From positions 1 to 64,000 of the forward strand of contig CBDBCE010000004.1 of assembly GCA_965203315.1 (NCBI GenBank): a stretch of DNA of 64,000 nucleotides. Reading direction: 5' to 3'. Positions 53,301 to 62,804 of this stretch are shown piece by piece. The notes beneath the pieces are model-generated. The model saw nothing but the letters and a program-made list of their open reading frames with translations. It did no database searches and was not told the origin of the DNA. Position 1 is the stretch's first letter. Each line of letters begins with the position of its first letter. The stretch comes from Nitrosopumilus sp. Lineage in GTDB: Archaea > Thermoproteota > Nitrososphaeria > Nitrososphaerales > Nitrosopumilaceae. Made by a program: the position numbers and the translations under genes.

Positions 53301-55210
53301 AGTGTCTAATAGGTAATGCAGGCGGTACTAGATCAGTTGCAACCGATGAGATCAGTAGATTGATGCAAGATCGAGATACAAAGAGAGATCTCTATAATGC
53401 AGACAAGACAAACACCGACAAACAGACAGCATATCTCTTGGCACAACTAAAGTATGATAATGCTAGAAGTACCGGCGGTGCATGTCCAGAGCCAGAACCG
53501 TTTGGTGCTCTAACAGAGACATCTCCTGAATCAGGAGTGTTCGAAGTAAGCTTTGATTTGTCTCACAGTATAGGACCAAGCAGTACTGACTGTCCAAATG
53601 ATGGTAACTGTATCCTACAAGGTGACATACTCACCGTACAGTACAACGACACAACAGATGCTTCTGGTAACCAACGCACAGTCACAGACTCTGCTACCTT
53701 TGATCTACGAAACGGCGCTCTACAGACAGACAAGTCTGTATATGTTATAGGCTCGGACATGATCGTAACACTCATCGATCCAGACCTTGATCTAGACAGC
53801 GGTACACGCGAAACATACACACTTGATCTGATCAAGTGGGACTCGGACGCAGGTACCAAGAATCTGAGTGAAGGTATATTCGATGCAGAACCAGGCTCTC
53901 TACGAGAGACTGGTCCTAGCACAGGCATATTCCAAGTGGTCATATCTGTTCCCAAGGCCATAGACAACGACAGACTAGAACGTGGTGAAGAGATCAAGCT
54001 AGAATACACCGACTATGGACCATCAGGTGCAGACTATGTAGGTGATAATACAGAAGATATCGACAGAACAGTATTCACATCAAACTTTGGTGCTACAATA
54101 GAACTAGATCAGAGCGTATACAGTTGGACCGACAAGGTATTCATCACTGTAACAGCTCCTGATCACAACCTAAACACAAACCAAGTAGACGAGATTGGTG
54201 CGGATCCATATCCAGTGCGTGTTGCTACAAGATCCGACGACATTAAAAACTACAAACTCGTAGAGACAGGTACAAACACTGGTATCTTTACAGGTGAAGT
54301 AATACTGACAGGATTCTCGTACGACGCAGACGGTGATGATTCCACAGGAGAAAACGGTAAAGACGTCACAGGTCGTACATGTGATAGATGTAACGGACCA
54401 ACCGATGGACTATTACCAACAGATAACGACGACGGACTCGAGGTATCATTCGAGTTCTCTGACGATGAGACTGTTCGCAAGTCTGCTCTAATCCGTTGGA
54501 ACATTGGTGAGGTTCAGTGGCTAGAGGCAAGTTATCCTGCTACCGCTACAGGCGTACTACGTGTAATCGATCCAGACATGAACTTGAATCCAGAATCTGC
54601 AGACAACTTTGAGGTCAAAGTATGGTCTTCTAGTGCACCTAGTGGAATAACACTTACAGTAACAGAGACTCAGCCAGCAAGTGGTATCTTTGAAGGTACT
54701 GTATTCTTTGGACTCTCTGTCCAATCAGGTGGTCACAAACTATCCACAGAAGAAGGAGACACAGTCACTGCAAAGTACAGTGACAACACTCTACCTGCTC
54801 CGTACAATACAGGCGACTCTGAAGACATCACTGCAACCACTATAATAGGAACAATAGTACCTCCTCTAGAACGAGTAAAGATCGAGTCATTGAGAATAGT
54901 AGACTCTACAGGTACAACACTCAGTACAGTATCAATAGATCAACAAGTCCAGATCACTGCAGATTTGACAAACACGCAAGACAAAGACCAGCCATTTGCA
55001 TACTTGGTACAAATTCAAGATAGCGATGGTGTTACAGTATCTCTGTCTTGGATTGATGGTTCACTAACACCATCTCAGTCGTTTAGTCCATCTCAGTCTT
55101 GGATACCAACAGCATCCGGTGAATACACAATTACCGTATTTGCATGGGAGTCGTTGACTATACCAACTGCACTATCTCCACAACAGACAACAACAATAAC
55201 TGTAAACTAG
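50345..55210 (+). CDS. S-layer protein paralog 3 (SlaA-like, 1621 aa)
   Basis: As for paralogs 1 and 2. Confidence 0.9.
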   Translation: MNNEIGRKTTSLILMTIMVAGGLTFAIPSMEPVYAQSTPNLYVSAADPNGYGARFDNTFGGLQVVEVIVNDPLLTDSNDAMPRVTINDDIKLNMTQAGDGSWYGYFADKGRDGNGDDDDTDITGYFLNTATVQLALDGELNYDGLYGSSEDSARFTGVGGFTDDNLVNNSPSKRGSTAKILSDDGNQIKYLDLDDGDDVKIVYQKAGNPQTVTLTYDKSKNNGIELDRNSYARDANVYITLTDHVLNVDPTSKDFWQFFLDENSPSAPAHQLFPDDRVVLATSNLNAAVNGFTHAQLGCDDNDCVLSIPNDSILRLDDDDDATNNPNNITFEETGPNTGVFEIRDDDGDTSIMVDDNAPRGQNSVITYSGNNVAVNVRLTTATVDLDVSDGTWNSGEKIDLTIVDADQNKDSDAEDDQMIKNPNARIPTMIIGDPYTLADERTPHRGNTYPTFFLDRPTAYIVETFTTITGGKSPIETSLTIDNDHRLGQIPANNTVPDLTTPSNGITANMWLSLGSLSDHQAAMSLQDDFVGVNLLNYDLSSVGANKYWLAIYPNYAVPTGTNLPYYAERYYAELEADGRGVFDLSTDMTHFAANNNTKVTATNANLPVRFEMAILAEFTSTFDVSKTYPIAVDIFSIGFTGDGAQASERINNQIIRIEVEETGDNTSTFTGTLEYIMINQLNVNNADTYKDITPIGNEVKFIAFEDMTGSDARVNYADINSNGNNATVSDQQDIATSSGVVSLNAETYSVGSNVVITLEDSDLNTDPDRADTYTVVTRNMTGGTTNIGKDMDQVGIDVMSKYETLLPGKKSLGMLLEVTFDGKRWQSGCTLSDGVQNGLGETGFTLQETGSSTGVFTGSFSVPKEVCMGSDKLSVSGKDIGVTYLDFRDASGQIVTAGDSASIGASTGSVSLDRTVYPVPYGQGTAGSSRALDMAGANLAGGTVKVYVQVNDPDYNLNPTGEDKIEDEDGNGPVKVTISRSGDECLIGNAGGTRSVATDEISRLMQDRDTKRDLYNADKTNTDKQTAYLLAQLKYDNARSTGGACPEPEPFGALTETSPESGVFEVSFDLSHSIGPSSTDCPNDGNCILQGDILTVQYNDTTDASGNQRTVTDSATFDLRNGALQTDKSVYVIGSDMIVTLIDPDLDLDSGTRETYTLDLIKWDSDAGTKNLSEGIFDAEPGSLRETGPSTGIFQVVISVPKAIDNDRLERGEEIKLEYTDYGPSGADYVGDNTEDIDRTVFTSNFGATIELDQSVYSWTDKVFITVTAPDHNLNTNQVDEIGADPYPVRVATRSDDIKNYKLVETGTNTGIFTGEVILTGFSYDADGDDSTGENGKDVTGRTCDRCNGPTDGLLPTDNDDGLEVSFEFSDDETVRKSALIRWNIGEVQWLEASYPATATGVLRVIDPDMNLNPESADNFEVKVWSSSAPSGITLTVTETQPASGIFEGTVFFGLSVQSGGHKLSTEEGDTVTAKYSDNTLPAPYNTGDSEDITATTIIGTIVPPLERVKIESLRIVDSTGTTLSTVSIDQQVQITADLTNTQDKDQPFAYLVQIQDSDGVTVSLSWIDGSLTPSQSFSPSQSWIPTASGEYTITVFAWESLTIPTALSPQQTTTITVN

Positions 55211-55217
55211 TTCAAAC

Positions 55218-55235
55218 TTTTCTTTTTCTTTTTTT
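55218..55235 (+). terminator. Oligo-T terminator of S-layer gene 3
   Basis: T-tract just after the stop codon. Confidence 0.7.
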
Positions 55236-55450
55236 ATATGATACAACTATGCATAGTGATATCTACATACAGTGTCAATGACAATATACGATGATCTCTA
55301 CTCCTTCATCCTCGACTCTTGCATTATACAATATTACTCATTCACAAGATACTTGATACAAGAGATGTGAAGTAGGTACGTAGACTAATAGACTGTAAAA
55401 GGTCATGTCAGATAACTTTACAAGCACTTGTACAACCTGTACAATTATAC

Positions 55451-55478
55451 ATGTTATTGATATTACCATCAATAGTTT
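55451..55478 (-). repeat. Recombination site, locus 3 right: AAACTATTGAT-GGTAAT-ATCAATAACAT
   Basis: Reverse complement of atgttattgatattaccatcaatagttt. Confidence 0.85.
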
Positions 55479-55610
55479 GCAAATTGGAGGCGATTGCTTA
55501 TTTCGAAGGTCTTTGTAATATTGGAAGAGAGAGGAGAAACACCATGGTAAAACTAGAGAAAATATGCATTTCCATGAACATCAAAAATTTCAAGATTCAA
55601 TACACGTTCT

Positions 55611-55722
55611 GATCTTTTTGATTTATGTAGGATGGGATGTTAACAGAAAAATTACTATCCGGCTTGCATTTTTAGGAAAAAAGTCTTCTGAAACACATTG
55701 CCCACACAAGTCAAAAAGATCC
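55611..55722. repeat. MITE-like dispersed repeat, copy C (opposite orientation to A/B)
   Basis: IR gatctttttgatttatgtagg / cccacacaagtcaaaaagatc; internal acagaaaa and aagtctt. Confidence 0.55.
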
Positions 55723-55937
55723 AAACGTTTTACAACGTTACACTCTTTTTGAGAATTATGTGATGTCTTGCCAACCACCACAATATTGCAGAGACATCTA
55801 ATATTCTCCTAGTTGTCTATATCTACATTGATTAATTATGTCTAGAAAAGTCTAGTGTTGATCGATAAAGATCAGACGTGAGCTAGCAAGTTTGCCTCTT
55901 TAGTTAGATTAATAGATAACATCACTTGAGTGATAAT

Positions 55938-56056
55938 CAAGCCGGCCATAGCGTTGGGGTGCGACCCAATCCCTTTCCGAACTTGGAAGTCAAACCCAGC
56001 GTCGCTGTTGTGTTACTAAGATGCGAGAGCTCTTGGGAAGCAACAGTGCTGGCATC
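55938..56056 (+). rRNA. rrf: 5S rRNA
   Basis: GCCGGCCATAGCG...CCC.TTCCGAAC..GGAAGT.AA...GCGAGAGC...GCTGGC; terminal helix pairing; ends approximate. Confidence 0.9.
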
Positions 56057-56100
56057 TCTTATCTTGTCTAGATATCATCATCGTTTTTAATGTCGTGTAC

Positions 56101-56241
56101 ATGATTGAATGTATGTCAGTATGTTCGGTATGTGGAACCAAATGTGATAATGATATACGACTATTGAATCACATGATGGAGAAGCATGGATGGCGCAACC
56201 CAAATGTTGGTACGCCAGACAGAAACAGTCGTGGTTACTAG
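56101..56241 (+). CDS. C2H2-type zinc finger microprotein (46 aa; alternative start 56113)
   Basis: CSVCGTKCDNDIRLLNHMMEKH fits Cx2Cx12Hx4H; below the ORF-track size cutoff. Confidence 0.7.
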   Translation: MIECMSVCSVCGTKCDNDIRLLNHMMEKHGWRNPNVGTPDRNSRGY

Positions 56242-57686
56242 TTTTGTAGATAGTCTATTACAAGCCTTACTCCAAAACCGGTTGCACCTTTGGGATTGTA
56301 CGACTTTTCTTTGGTCGATGTCTGAGTCCAAGCGACTCCTGCAATATCTAGATGAACCCATGGAGTATCTTTTATTGCATTTCGTAAAAACGCAGCGGCT
56401 GCAATCGTCCCAGCAGATCGTCCAATGCCCATATTCTTCATATCTGCTACCTCCGATTTTATCATGTCCATATAGTCTTGATTTAGTGGCAGTCTCCAAA
56501 TCTCTTCAGCGGTATGCTGTGACGATTCGATCATCTTTGTAGATAATATGTCGTTATTTGAGATCATTCCTGCAACGTTTGTTCCAAGAGCAACTATACA
56601 TGCACCGGTAAGTGTAGCAAAGTCAATCATGGCCTCTGGTTTATAGTGCTGTTCACCATACGTCAAGGCATCAGCTAAAATCAGTCTTCCCTCGGCATCT
56701 GTATTTATTATCTCTGCGGTCTTGCCACTGTACAACTTTATGATGTCGCCTGGTCTATACGATTTGCCACTGGGCATATTCTCAACCGAAGGGATGATGC
56801 CTATCACATTAGCTCGTAGCTTCATGGATGATACTGCCTTCATTATGCCGAGAACTGTACATCCGCCACATTTGTCAAACTTCATCTCATCCATCTTTTC
56901 GCCGGGCTTGAGCGAGATGCCTCCTGTATCAAAGGTTACTGCCTTGCCGACCAGCACTGTGGGTCGTTTTGACGATGTAGCTCCAATATACTCTAGTATA
57001 ATCAACTTGGGCTCATTCTCACTACCTTGACCTACTGCTATTATTCCACCAAATCCTTGTCTCTGCAGATCTTGTTTTGACAGTATGTGGCAGCGCATCT
57101 TGCCTGACTTTGCTATCTCTTTTGCATACTCGCCGAGTGTTGCTGGACTACATTGATTCGGTGGCATGTTTGCGATACTCTTTGCAAGTATGACTCCTTC
57201 TGATACTGCATGGGCCTTACGTATCACACTTAACGCGCCTGCTACTTTAGTAACTATTGCTAGTTTGGGAAATATCTTTTCTTTCTTGTCTTTAAATTTA
57301 TCAAATTTGTATAATGCCATGCTTGTTCCTTCTACAACCTGTTCGATTGCAGATATTGGATCGTATATAGAACTAGACGGAATCATTATGGAATACTCGT
57401 CTAGTTTTAACTCGCGAGCCTTTTGTGCTACCAATCCAGATACATGTCTAATGGTATCATTTGTGATGTTATCTCGCTCGCCTAATCCTGCAAACAAGAG
57501 TCGTTTAGCAGGACCAACTCCGGGAACTATGGCCAATTTGCCTAGGCAACCATCCATATCTTTTAAAGTCTGCTCTATGGGCTCTTCAAACTCTTCCATG
57601 CCCATAACCTTCTTTGATCCTTTAACCACAAACGCACACAAGAGTTGGGTCTTCTTTGGAGCATGCTCTAATCTGGGCTTTATCAT
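56238..57686 (-). CDS. pepA: Leucyl aminopeptidase (M17)
   Basis: GKAVTFDTGGISLK, MKFDK, NTDAEGRL, WVHLDIAG. Confidence 0.95.
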   Translation of the reverse strand: MIKPRLEHAPKKTQLLCAFVVKGSKKVMGMEEFEEPIEQTLKDMDGCLGKLAIVPGVGPAKRLLFAGLGERDNITNDTIRHVSGLVAQKARELKLDEYSIMIPSSSIYDPISAIEQVVEGTSMALYKFDKFKDKKEKIFPKLAIVTKVAGALSVIRKAHAVSEGVILAKSIANMPPNQCSPATLGEYAKEIAKSGKMRCHILSKQDLQRQGFGGIIAVGQGSENEPKLIILEYIGATSSKRPTVLVGKAVTFDTGGISLKPGEKMDEMKFDKCGGCTVLGIMKAVSSMKLRANVIGIIPSVENMPSGKSYRPGDIIKLYSGKTAEIINTDAEGRLILADALTYGEQHYKPEAMIDFATLTGACIVALGTNVAGMISNNDILSTKMIESSQHTAEEIWRLPLNQDYMDMIKSEVADMKNMGIGRSAGTIAAAAFLRNAIKDTPWVHLDIAGVAWTQTSTKEKSYNPKGATGFGVRLVIDYLQN

Positions 57687-57713
57687 ATGTTGTGACTAGT
57701 TGTTCAGTGTTAT

Positions 57714-58000
57714 TTAGATATTGATCTTGCGACTATGTGTTATGAGACTAGCAGATCTAAGAAATACAGCACTTGTAGTCTTGCAGCCTTGCGGTTCATG
57801 ACTTTCAAACTGCGTAGACCCTCTTGGCTGTACACTGCACAAAAACCGTATCAATGGAATCAGAGCTGCTCTACCACCAAAGGCATCTCTCTCTTTGATA
57901 AACCAAAACATCTCTACTGCTGATTCGCCTAATTTTTTACGCATCTCGACCCCATCTTTGGTATAATGTCCTATGCACTCTAGCCTACCTCGTGATATGT
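57714..58000 (-). pseudogene. Possible degraded DDE transposase C-terminal remnant
   Basis: Weak resemblance of SAVEMFWFIKE...FG to the IS5/IS1182 xVExxFxxxK motif. Confidence 0.25.
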
Positions 58001-58573
58001 GATGTACTATTTTGGCAAATTTTGTACACAGATAACATCTATTATCAAATATCATGGTTGCCAACAATATATGATACGTAGCTACAAAGTTTAAGCCTTT
58101 GTAAGCGGTTACTTGCACTGTTACAATCGTATCATCGAGTATGATGAAATGTAACCTTTGTAGATGTTGTTAGAAAATTGTAGACCTAGAGAAACACAGC
58201 TGAAGATTCAATGAAATGATGACCGCCACGCATCGGTTATTTGCTCTCACAATACTCTCACCCTTGTGATGTAATCCACATTGTTGTGGCAAAACAATCT
58301 TTGATCAGACGGTGTATTGATTCGGTAATGAATACTAGACGTCTAGTATGTTGACGAGTCTTTATAATTCGAGAATCCGGTGGCAAATATAACAAGTGGT
58401 TTATGGTGATGTATTTTCACTCGTTTGTCATTACGTCTAGTGCAAGTTTTACCATATTCGTTCTAAAATGACTAAACGTAAAGATTTCGTCACACACATT
58501 TGATTATTGAAAGTCTAGGTTTGATTCAAAACTTTAGTATATGAAACCTGAATACTATGGATATAGCACAAGT

Positions 58574-59176
58574 TCATCTACTAAAAAGATCTCCGAGTGT
58601 CCCAGACTTGATTCTCTTTGTTCCGGTAATACTACGTTGTCGAGGATTTTCTAGAATGAACTCTCTTATCTGCCGTTCTATCTTTTTTGTGTTTCGTGCA
58701 GCAGGTATTGTTTCTGATTTACGATATATTGCTCTGATATTTCTAGCTAGTCTGTCTGCTGTTTTTTGATGTAAATGTATACCACAGTCTTCGATGCAAA
58801 AATACAAGTACATGTCAGATTTGACGCCTTTGAGATTATGTCTCTTTAACCAATTAAAGTAATGTTGGGTGAGCACCGGTATCATATCCGTCTCTGGATC
58901 TAGACGCATCTTTAATGCAATATCTGTTATCTTGTGTCTAAATTCAAAGTGAGTATCATACGCCAATCCTTCATGTTCGTTCCAAAACTCATCTGCGTCT
59001 AGTAGATCATCTTCATCTGAATTGATTCGACGCTTATCGACGAATTTATTTAGTCTTTTAGCGATCTTTATAGGATCTTGTTTGGACAATTTAACAAATG
59101 TGCATGCTTCATCCTCATCTTCACACGGATCCAAACTAGCTAGTTCTAAAATGATGTCTCTTATCAACTCTTCCAA
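58574..59176 (-). CDS. Hypothetical protein
   Basis: 200-aa ORF with coding-like composition; start uncertain, abuts repeat copy D. Confidence 0.6.
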   Translation of the reverse strand: MEELIRDIILELASLDPCEDEDEACTFVKLSKQDPIKIAKRLNKFVDKRRINSDEDDLLDADEFWNEHEGLAYDTHFEFRHKITDIALKMRLDPETDMIPVLTQHYFNWLKRHNLKGVKSDMYLYFCIEDCGIHLHQKTADRLARNIRAIYRKSETIPAARNTKKIERQIREFILENPRQRSITGTKRIKSGTLGDLFSR

Positions 59177-59180
59177 ACTG

Positions 59181-59287
59181 GGTTCTCTTTAATTTATGCA
59201 GGATAGCATTTTTACAGAAAAAGTACCATGGACTGGGAGCACTTTTTAGAAAAATTTTAAACCATCCCGCGTAAATCGAAGAGATCC
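59181..59287. repeat. MITE-like dispersed repeat, copy D
   Basis: tttatgcaggatag..ttacagaaaaagtac ... cccgcgtaaatcgaagagatcc. Confidence 0.5.
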
Positions 59288-59494
59288 ACTGAAATAGGAT
59301 CGTCTAGATCTCAATATCTACTAGATTAACCGACCCTCGTTTTACAATTAGTTAAAACATACAAGTCACGCATAAATTATTATGATGAATCATTGATCAT
59401 CTAGTCTTTATGTTGTTGTCTAGATCGAGAATTACAATTATTACGTCATTCATACAAGTAGATTTTTATTCAATTTATAGAGAAAACGATTCAG

Positions 59495-61159
59495 ATGGGG
59501 CTCGATTATTATACTATAAAGAGAAATATTCGACGAGCCCGTAAACTGGTGATTCGTGGTACTAGTTTGGCAGGCTCTGGTCATCCGGGTGGTTCATTCT
59601 CGATGGCAGAGATCCTGGGATCTCTATTCTTCAAACATCTCAAGTATGACTCTACAAATCCATTGTGGAATGATCGGGATCGACTGATACTGTCCAAAGG
59701 ACATGCATCACCAGGTCTCTTTGCAAATATGGCAGTAGCTGGATACTTTGCAGAGTCCGAGATTGACACTCTACGTACATTTGGTAGTAGATTACAGGGA
59801 CACCCAGATCTCAAATGTCCTGGAGTAGAGTTTTGTGGCGGTTCATTAGGTACAGGATTATCCTATTCGATCGGTGTTGCTCTTGCCGCAAAGATGGATG
59901 GTAAGAGATATCGTGTATATACAATAATTGGTGACGGTGAGTCTGATGAGGGACAGATATGGGAAGCTGCGATGACTGCAGCAAAGTACCACGTAGATAA
60001 TCTAACTGTATTTTTGGATCGGAACTTTATCCAACAAGACTCGTATACAGAAGAGATCATGCCACTAGATGTACTGGCCACAGACAATACATCTACCACA
60101 CACACAGACTTGAGATGGAAGACTAGTGAAAAGTGGCGTTCCTTTGGATGGAATGTCATCGAGATAGACGGTCATCGGATCGAACAGATCGATTCTGCTA
60201 TCACCAAATCTAAAACTCTTGTAGGCGCGCCAACGATCATAATCTCTCGAACCATAAAGGGCAAATCAGTTGAACATATGGAGAATAATCCTCAATGGCA
60301 TGGAAAAGCTCCATCTAAAGATCTTGTTCCTATAATAAATGAAGAGATCGACTCACAGTTTATGATTGCACCTTCGATAATTGCAGGAGATATGACCAAT
60401 CTCTCGAGAGAGATCAGTCGTTGCGAAGATGGTCAAGCAGATTATATTCATCTAGATGTCATGGATGGCAAGTTTGTACCAAACTATACGTTTGATCACA
60501 CAAAGATTCGTGAACTGCGACCACTAACTACAATTCCATTTGACACACATCTGATGATCAATGATCCGGTCTCTCATGTACGTGACTATATCGCTGCAGG
60601 AAGTGATATAATTACTGTTCATGCTGAAGTAACCGACGAGTTTAGCTTTGGTGAGATATGTGATGTGTTGTGTAGTGCAGGCGTTGGTATAGGTCTTGCA
60701 ATAAATCCTGATACTGTACTTCCCGAGTGGTCGTATCAATTTCTTCCAATTCTCGATCAACTCATTGTAATGTCGGTGGTACCTGGTAAATCTGGTCAAA
60801 AGTATATTGATGCAACTCATGCAAAGATGGCGCATTTGAATACGATATTATCTGATCAAAAGTTTACTGGATATATCGAAGCAGATGGGGGTGTCAATCT
60901 TGATAATGTGGGACAAGTATTTGCAGATGGCGCTCGAATATTTGTCGGTGGTGGCGCAATAGTTGGCCAAACAGATCTGAGTCTAGCTATTCAAGAATTT
61001 CGTCAAGAGTTGATTCGTTCTAGACGACGACTCTTACTTGATCGAGTCTACCAGCTAGGTGGTCAGTCTATGGTAAAACGTTGGATCAAACTACATACAG
61101 TTGGTGATACATCTCAGCGTCTAGATGACATTGCACAAGAGGTGGGATATATTGGGTGA
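59495..61159 (+). CDS. Transketolase N-terminal subunit fused to ribulose-phosphate 3-epimerase
   Basis: GHPGGS, LSKGH, GDGE...N TPP motif, then IAPSI, HLDVMDGKFVPN, EADGG. Confidence 0.93.
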   Translation: MGLDYYTIKRNIRRARKLVIRGTSLAGSGHPGGSFSMAEILGSLFFKHLKYDSTNPLWNDRDRLILSKGHASPGLFANMAVAGYFAESEIDTLRTFGSRLQGHPDLKCPGVEFCGGSLGTGLSYSIGVALAAKMDGKRYRVYTIIGDGESDEGQIWEAAMTAAKYHVDNLTVFLDRNFIQQDSYTEEIMPLDVLATDNTSTTHTDLRWKTSEKWRSFGWNVIEIDGHRIEQIDSAITKSKTLVGAPTIIISRTIKGKSVEHMENNPQWHGKAPSKDLVPIINEEIDSQFMIAPSIIAGDMTNLSREISRCEDGQADYIHLDVMDGKFVPNYTFDHTKIRELRPLTTIPFDTHLMINDPVSHVRDYIAAGSDIITVHAEVTDEFSFGEICDVLCSAGVGIGLAINPDTVLPEWSYQFLPILDQLIVMSVVPGKSGQKYIDATHAKMAHLNTILSDQKFTGYIEADGGVNLDNVGQVFADGARIFVGGGAIVGQTDLSLAIQEFRQELIRSRRRLLLDRVYQLGGQSMVKRWIKLHTVGDTSQRLDDIAQEVGYIG

Positions 61160-61160
61160 G

Positions 61161-62117
61161 ATGACAGATATGCGATCAGAGTATGCTAGATCGCTTGTGT
61201 CGATTGGAGAACAGAATTCCAGCATTGTAGTTCTTGGTGCCGACACAACAGATTCGCTTAAAACCTCAGAGTTTGGTAAGCGATTTCCTGATAGATTCTT
61301 TAATGTTGGAATTGCAGAGGCAAATCTTGTAAGTATCTCAGCTGGACTCGCAGCTTCGGGCAAGACTCCCTTTGCTAGTACATATGCAATCTTTCTTCCA
61401 GGCCGTGCCGTAGATCAGATACGTAACAACGTAGCTTATCCATGTCCAAATGGAAGAAAGGGACTGAACGTAAAACTTGTGGTATCTCATGGGGGACTCT
61501 CTGTTGGTCCTGATGGTGGTTCACATCAGCAAATAGAAGATATTGCAATAATGCGTGCTATTCCTCATATGCAAGTGATGATCCCTTCTGATACGATATC
61601 TGTTGCAGCACTAACACGCATGATGGCAGAGCAATATGGACCATTCTACATGCGAATGGCTCGTCCTAAAACTAGTCTAGTACATGATACATCACAACAA
61701 TTCGAATCAGGCAAAGGTATTGTACTGCGTGATGGTACAGACTGTACTATTGTATCCTGCGGAATCACAGTTCCACTAGCACTAGAGGCTGCAGAGATTT
61801 TATCCAGAGATCAAATATCATGCCGTGTCATCGATATGTTTTGCATCAAGCCTATCGATAACAGATTGCTCGAACGTGCAGCACGTGAGACAGGATATGT
61901 TGTAACTAGTGAAGAGCACAACATCTTTGGTGGACTTGGGTCTGCAGTAGCCGAGTCAATATCTGAGACATATCCAGTTCCAGTATATCGCATTGGAGTC
62001 CAAGATACATTTGGCGAGTCTGCACGTGATGATGAGATATCTCTCTTACTTGGTAAACATGGAATAACATCACTTAATATTGTCAATCAAGTCAAGCGTA
62101 TACGGGAGAAGATATGA
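61161..62117 (+). CDS. Transketolase C-terminal subunit
   Basis: NVGIAEAN, GPDGGSHQ, EEHNIFGGLGS. Confidence 0.93.
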   Translation: MTDMRSEYARSLVSIGEQNSSIVVLGADTTDSLKTSEFGKRFPDRFFNVGIAEANLVSISAGLAASGKTPFASTYAIFLPGRAVDQIRNNVAYPCPNGRKGLNVKLVVSHGGLSVGPDGGSHQQIEDIAIMRAIPHMQVMIPSDTISVAALTRMMAEQYGPFYMRMARPKTSLVHDTSQQFESGKGIVLRDGTDCTIVSCGITVPLALEAAEILSRDQISCRVIDMFCIKPIDNRLLERAARETGYVVTSEEHNIFGGLGSAVAESISETYPVPVYRIGVQDTFGESARDDEISLLLGKHGITSLNIVNQVKRIREKI

Positions 62118-62776
62118 AGATATTTTTAGATACGGCAAATCTTGAATCGATTAAAAAATTCAATGATATGGGTCTAGTCGATGGAATAACAACAAACCCT
62201 ACATTACTATCAAAGGAAGGCGGTGATCCAAAAGATGTCATGTCTGAGATTACATCTCTAGTCCGCGGTGATGTAAGTTTAGAGGTTGTCAGCACCGAAT
62301 ATGATAAAATGTTACAAGAAGGTCGAAGACTATTCAATTACGGTAACAACGTAGTCATCAAAGTTCCAATGACTGTAGATGGACTTTGTGCATGCAAGAC
62401 TCTCTCGTCAGAAGGAATTCCTGTAAACGTCACATTGATATTCTCGCCCAACCAAGCAATACTCGCTGCAAAGTCTGGAGCAAAGTATGTCAGTCCATTC
62501 ATTGGTAGACTCGATGATATCGGACATGATGGAATGAATCTGATATCCGAGATATTAGAGATCTTTGCTGGATATGAATATGACACCCAAGTCTTGGTTG
62601 CAAGTATTCGTCATCCACTACATGTTGTTGATGCCGCTAAACTCGGTGCTGATGTAGTCACACTTCCACCTGCAGTACTTGAAAAGATGATACATCACCC
62701 ATTAACTGATATTGGTCTAGCAAACTTTCTTGCAGATTGGAAGAAAAAATCCGACACGTCCAATACTCAGATCTAG
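62114..62776 (+). CDS. tal: Transaldolase / fructose-6-phosphate aldolase
   Basis: FLDTA, GITTNPT, IKVP, NVTLIFS, SPFIGRLDD. Confidence 0.93.
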   Translation: MKIFLDTANLESIKKFNDMGLVDGITTNPTLLSKEGGDPKDVMSEITSLVRGDVSLEVVSTEYDKMLQEGRRLFNYGNNVVIKVPMTVDGLCACKTLSSEGIPVNVTLIFSPNQAILAAKSGAKYVSPFIGRLDDIGHDGMNLISEILEIFAGYEYDTQVLVASIRHPLHVVDAAKLGADVVTLPPAVLEKMIHHPLTDIGLANFLADWKKKSDTSNTQI

Positions 62777-62804
62777 ATTTATATAAAAAAAGAATGAGTT
62801 GTTG

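Larger units (their letters stand above)
50319..55478 (+). other. Putative invertible S-layer cassette 3 (ON orientation)
   Basis: Inverted 28-bp sites with 2 mismatches flank gene plus trailer. Confidence 0.8.
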
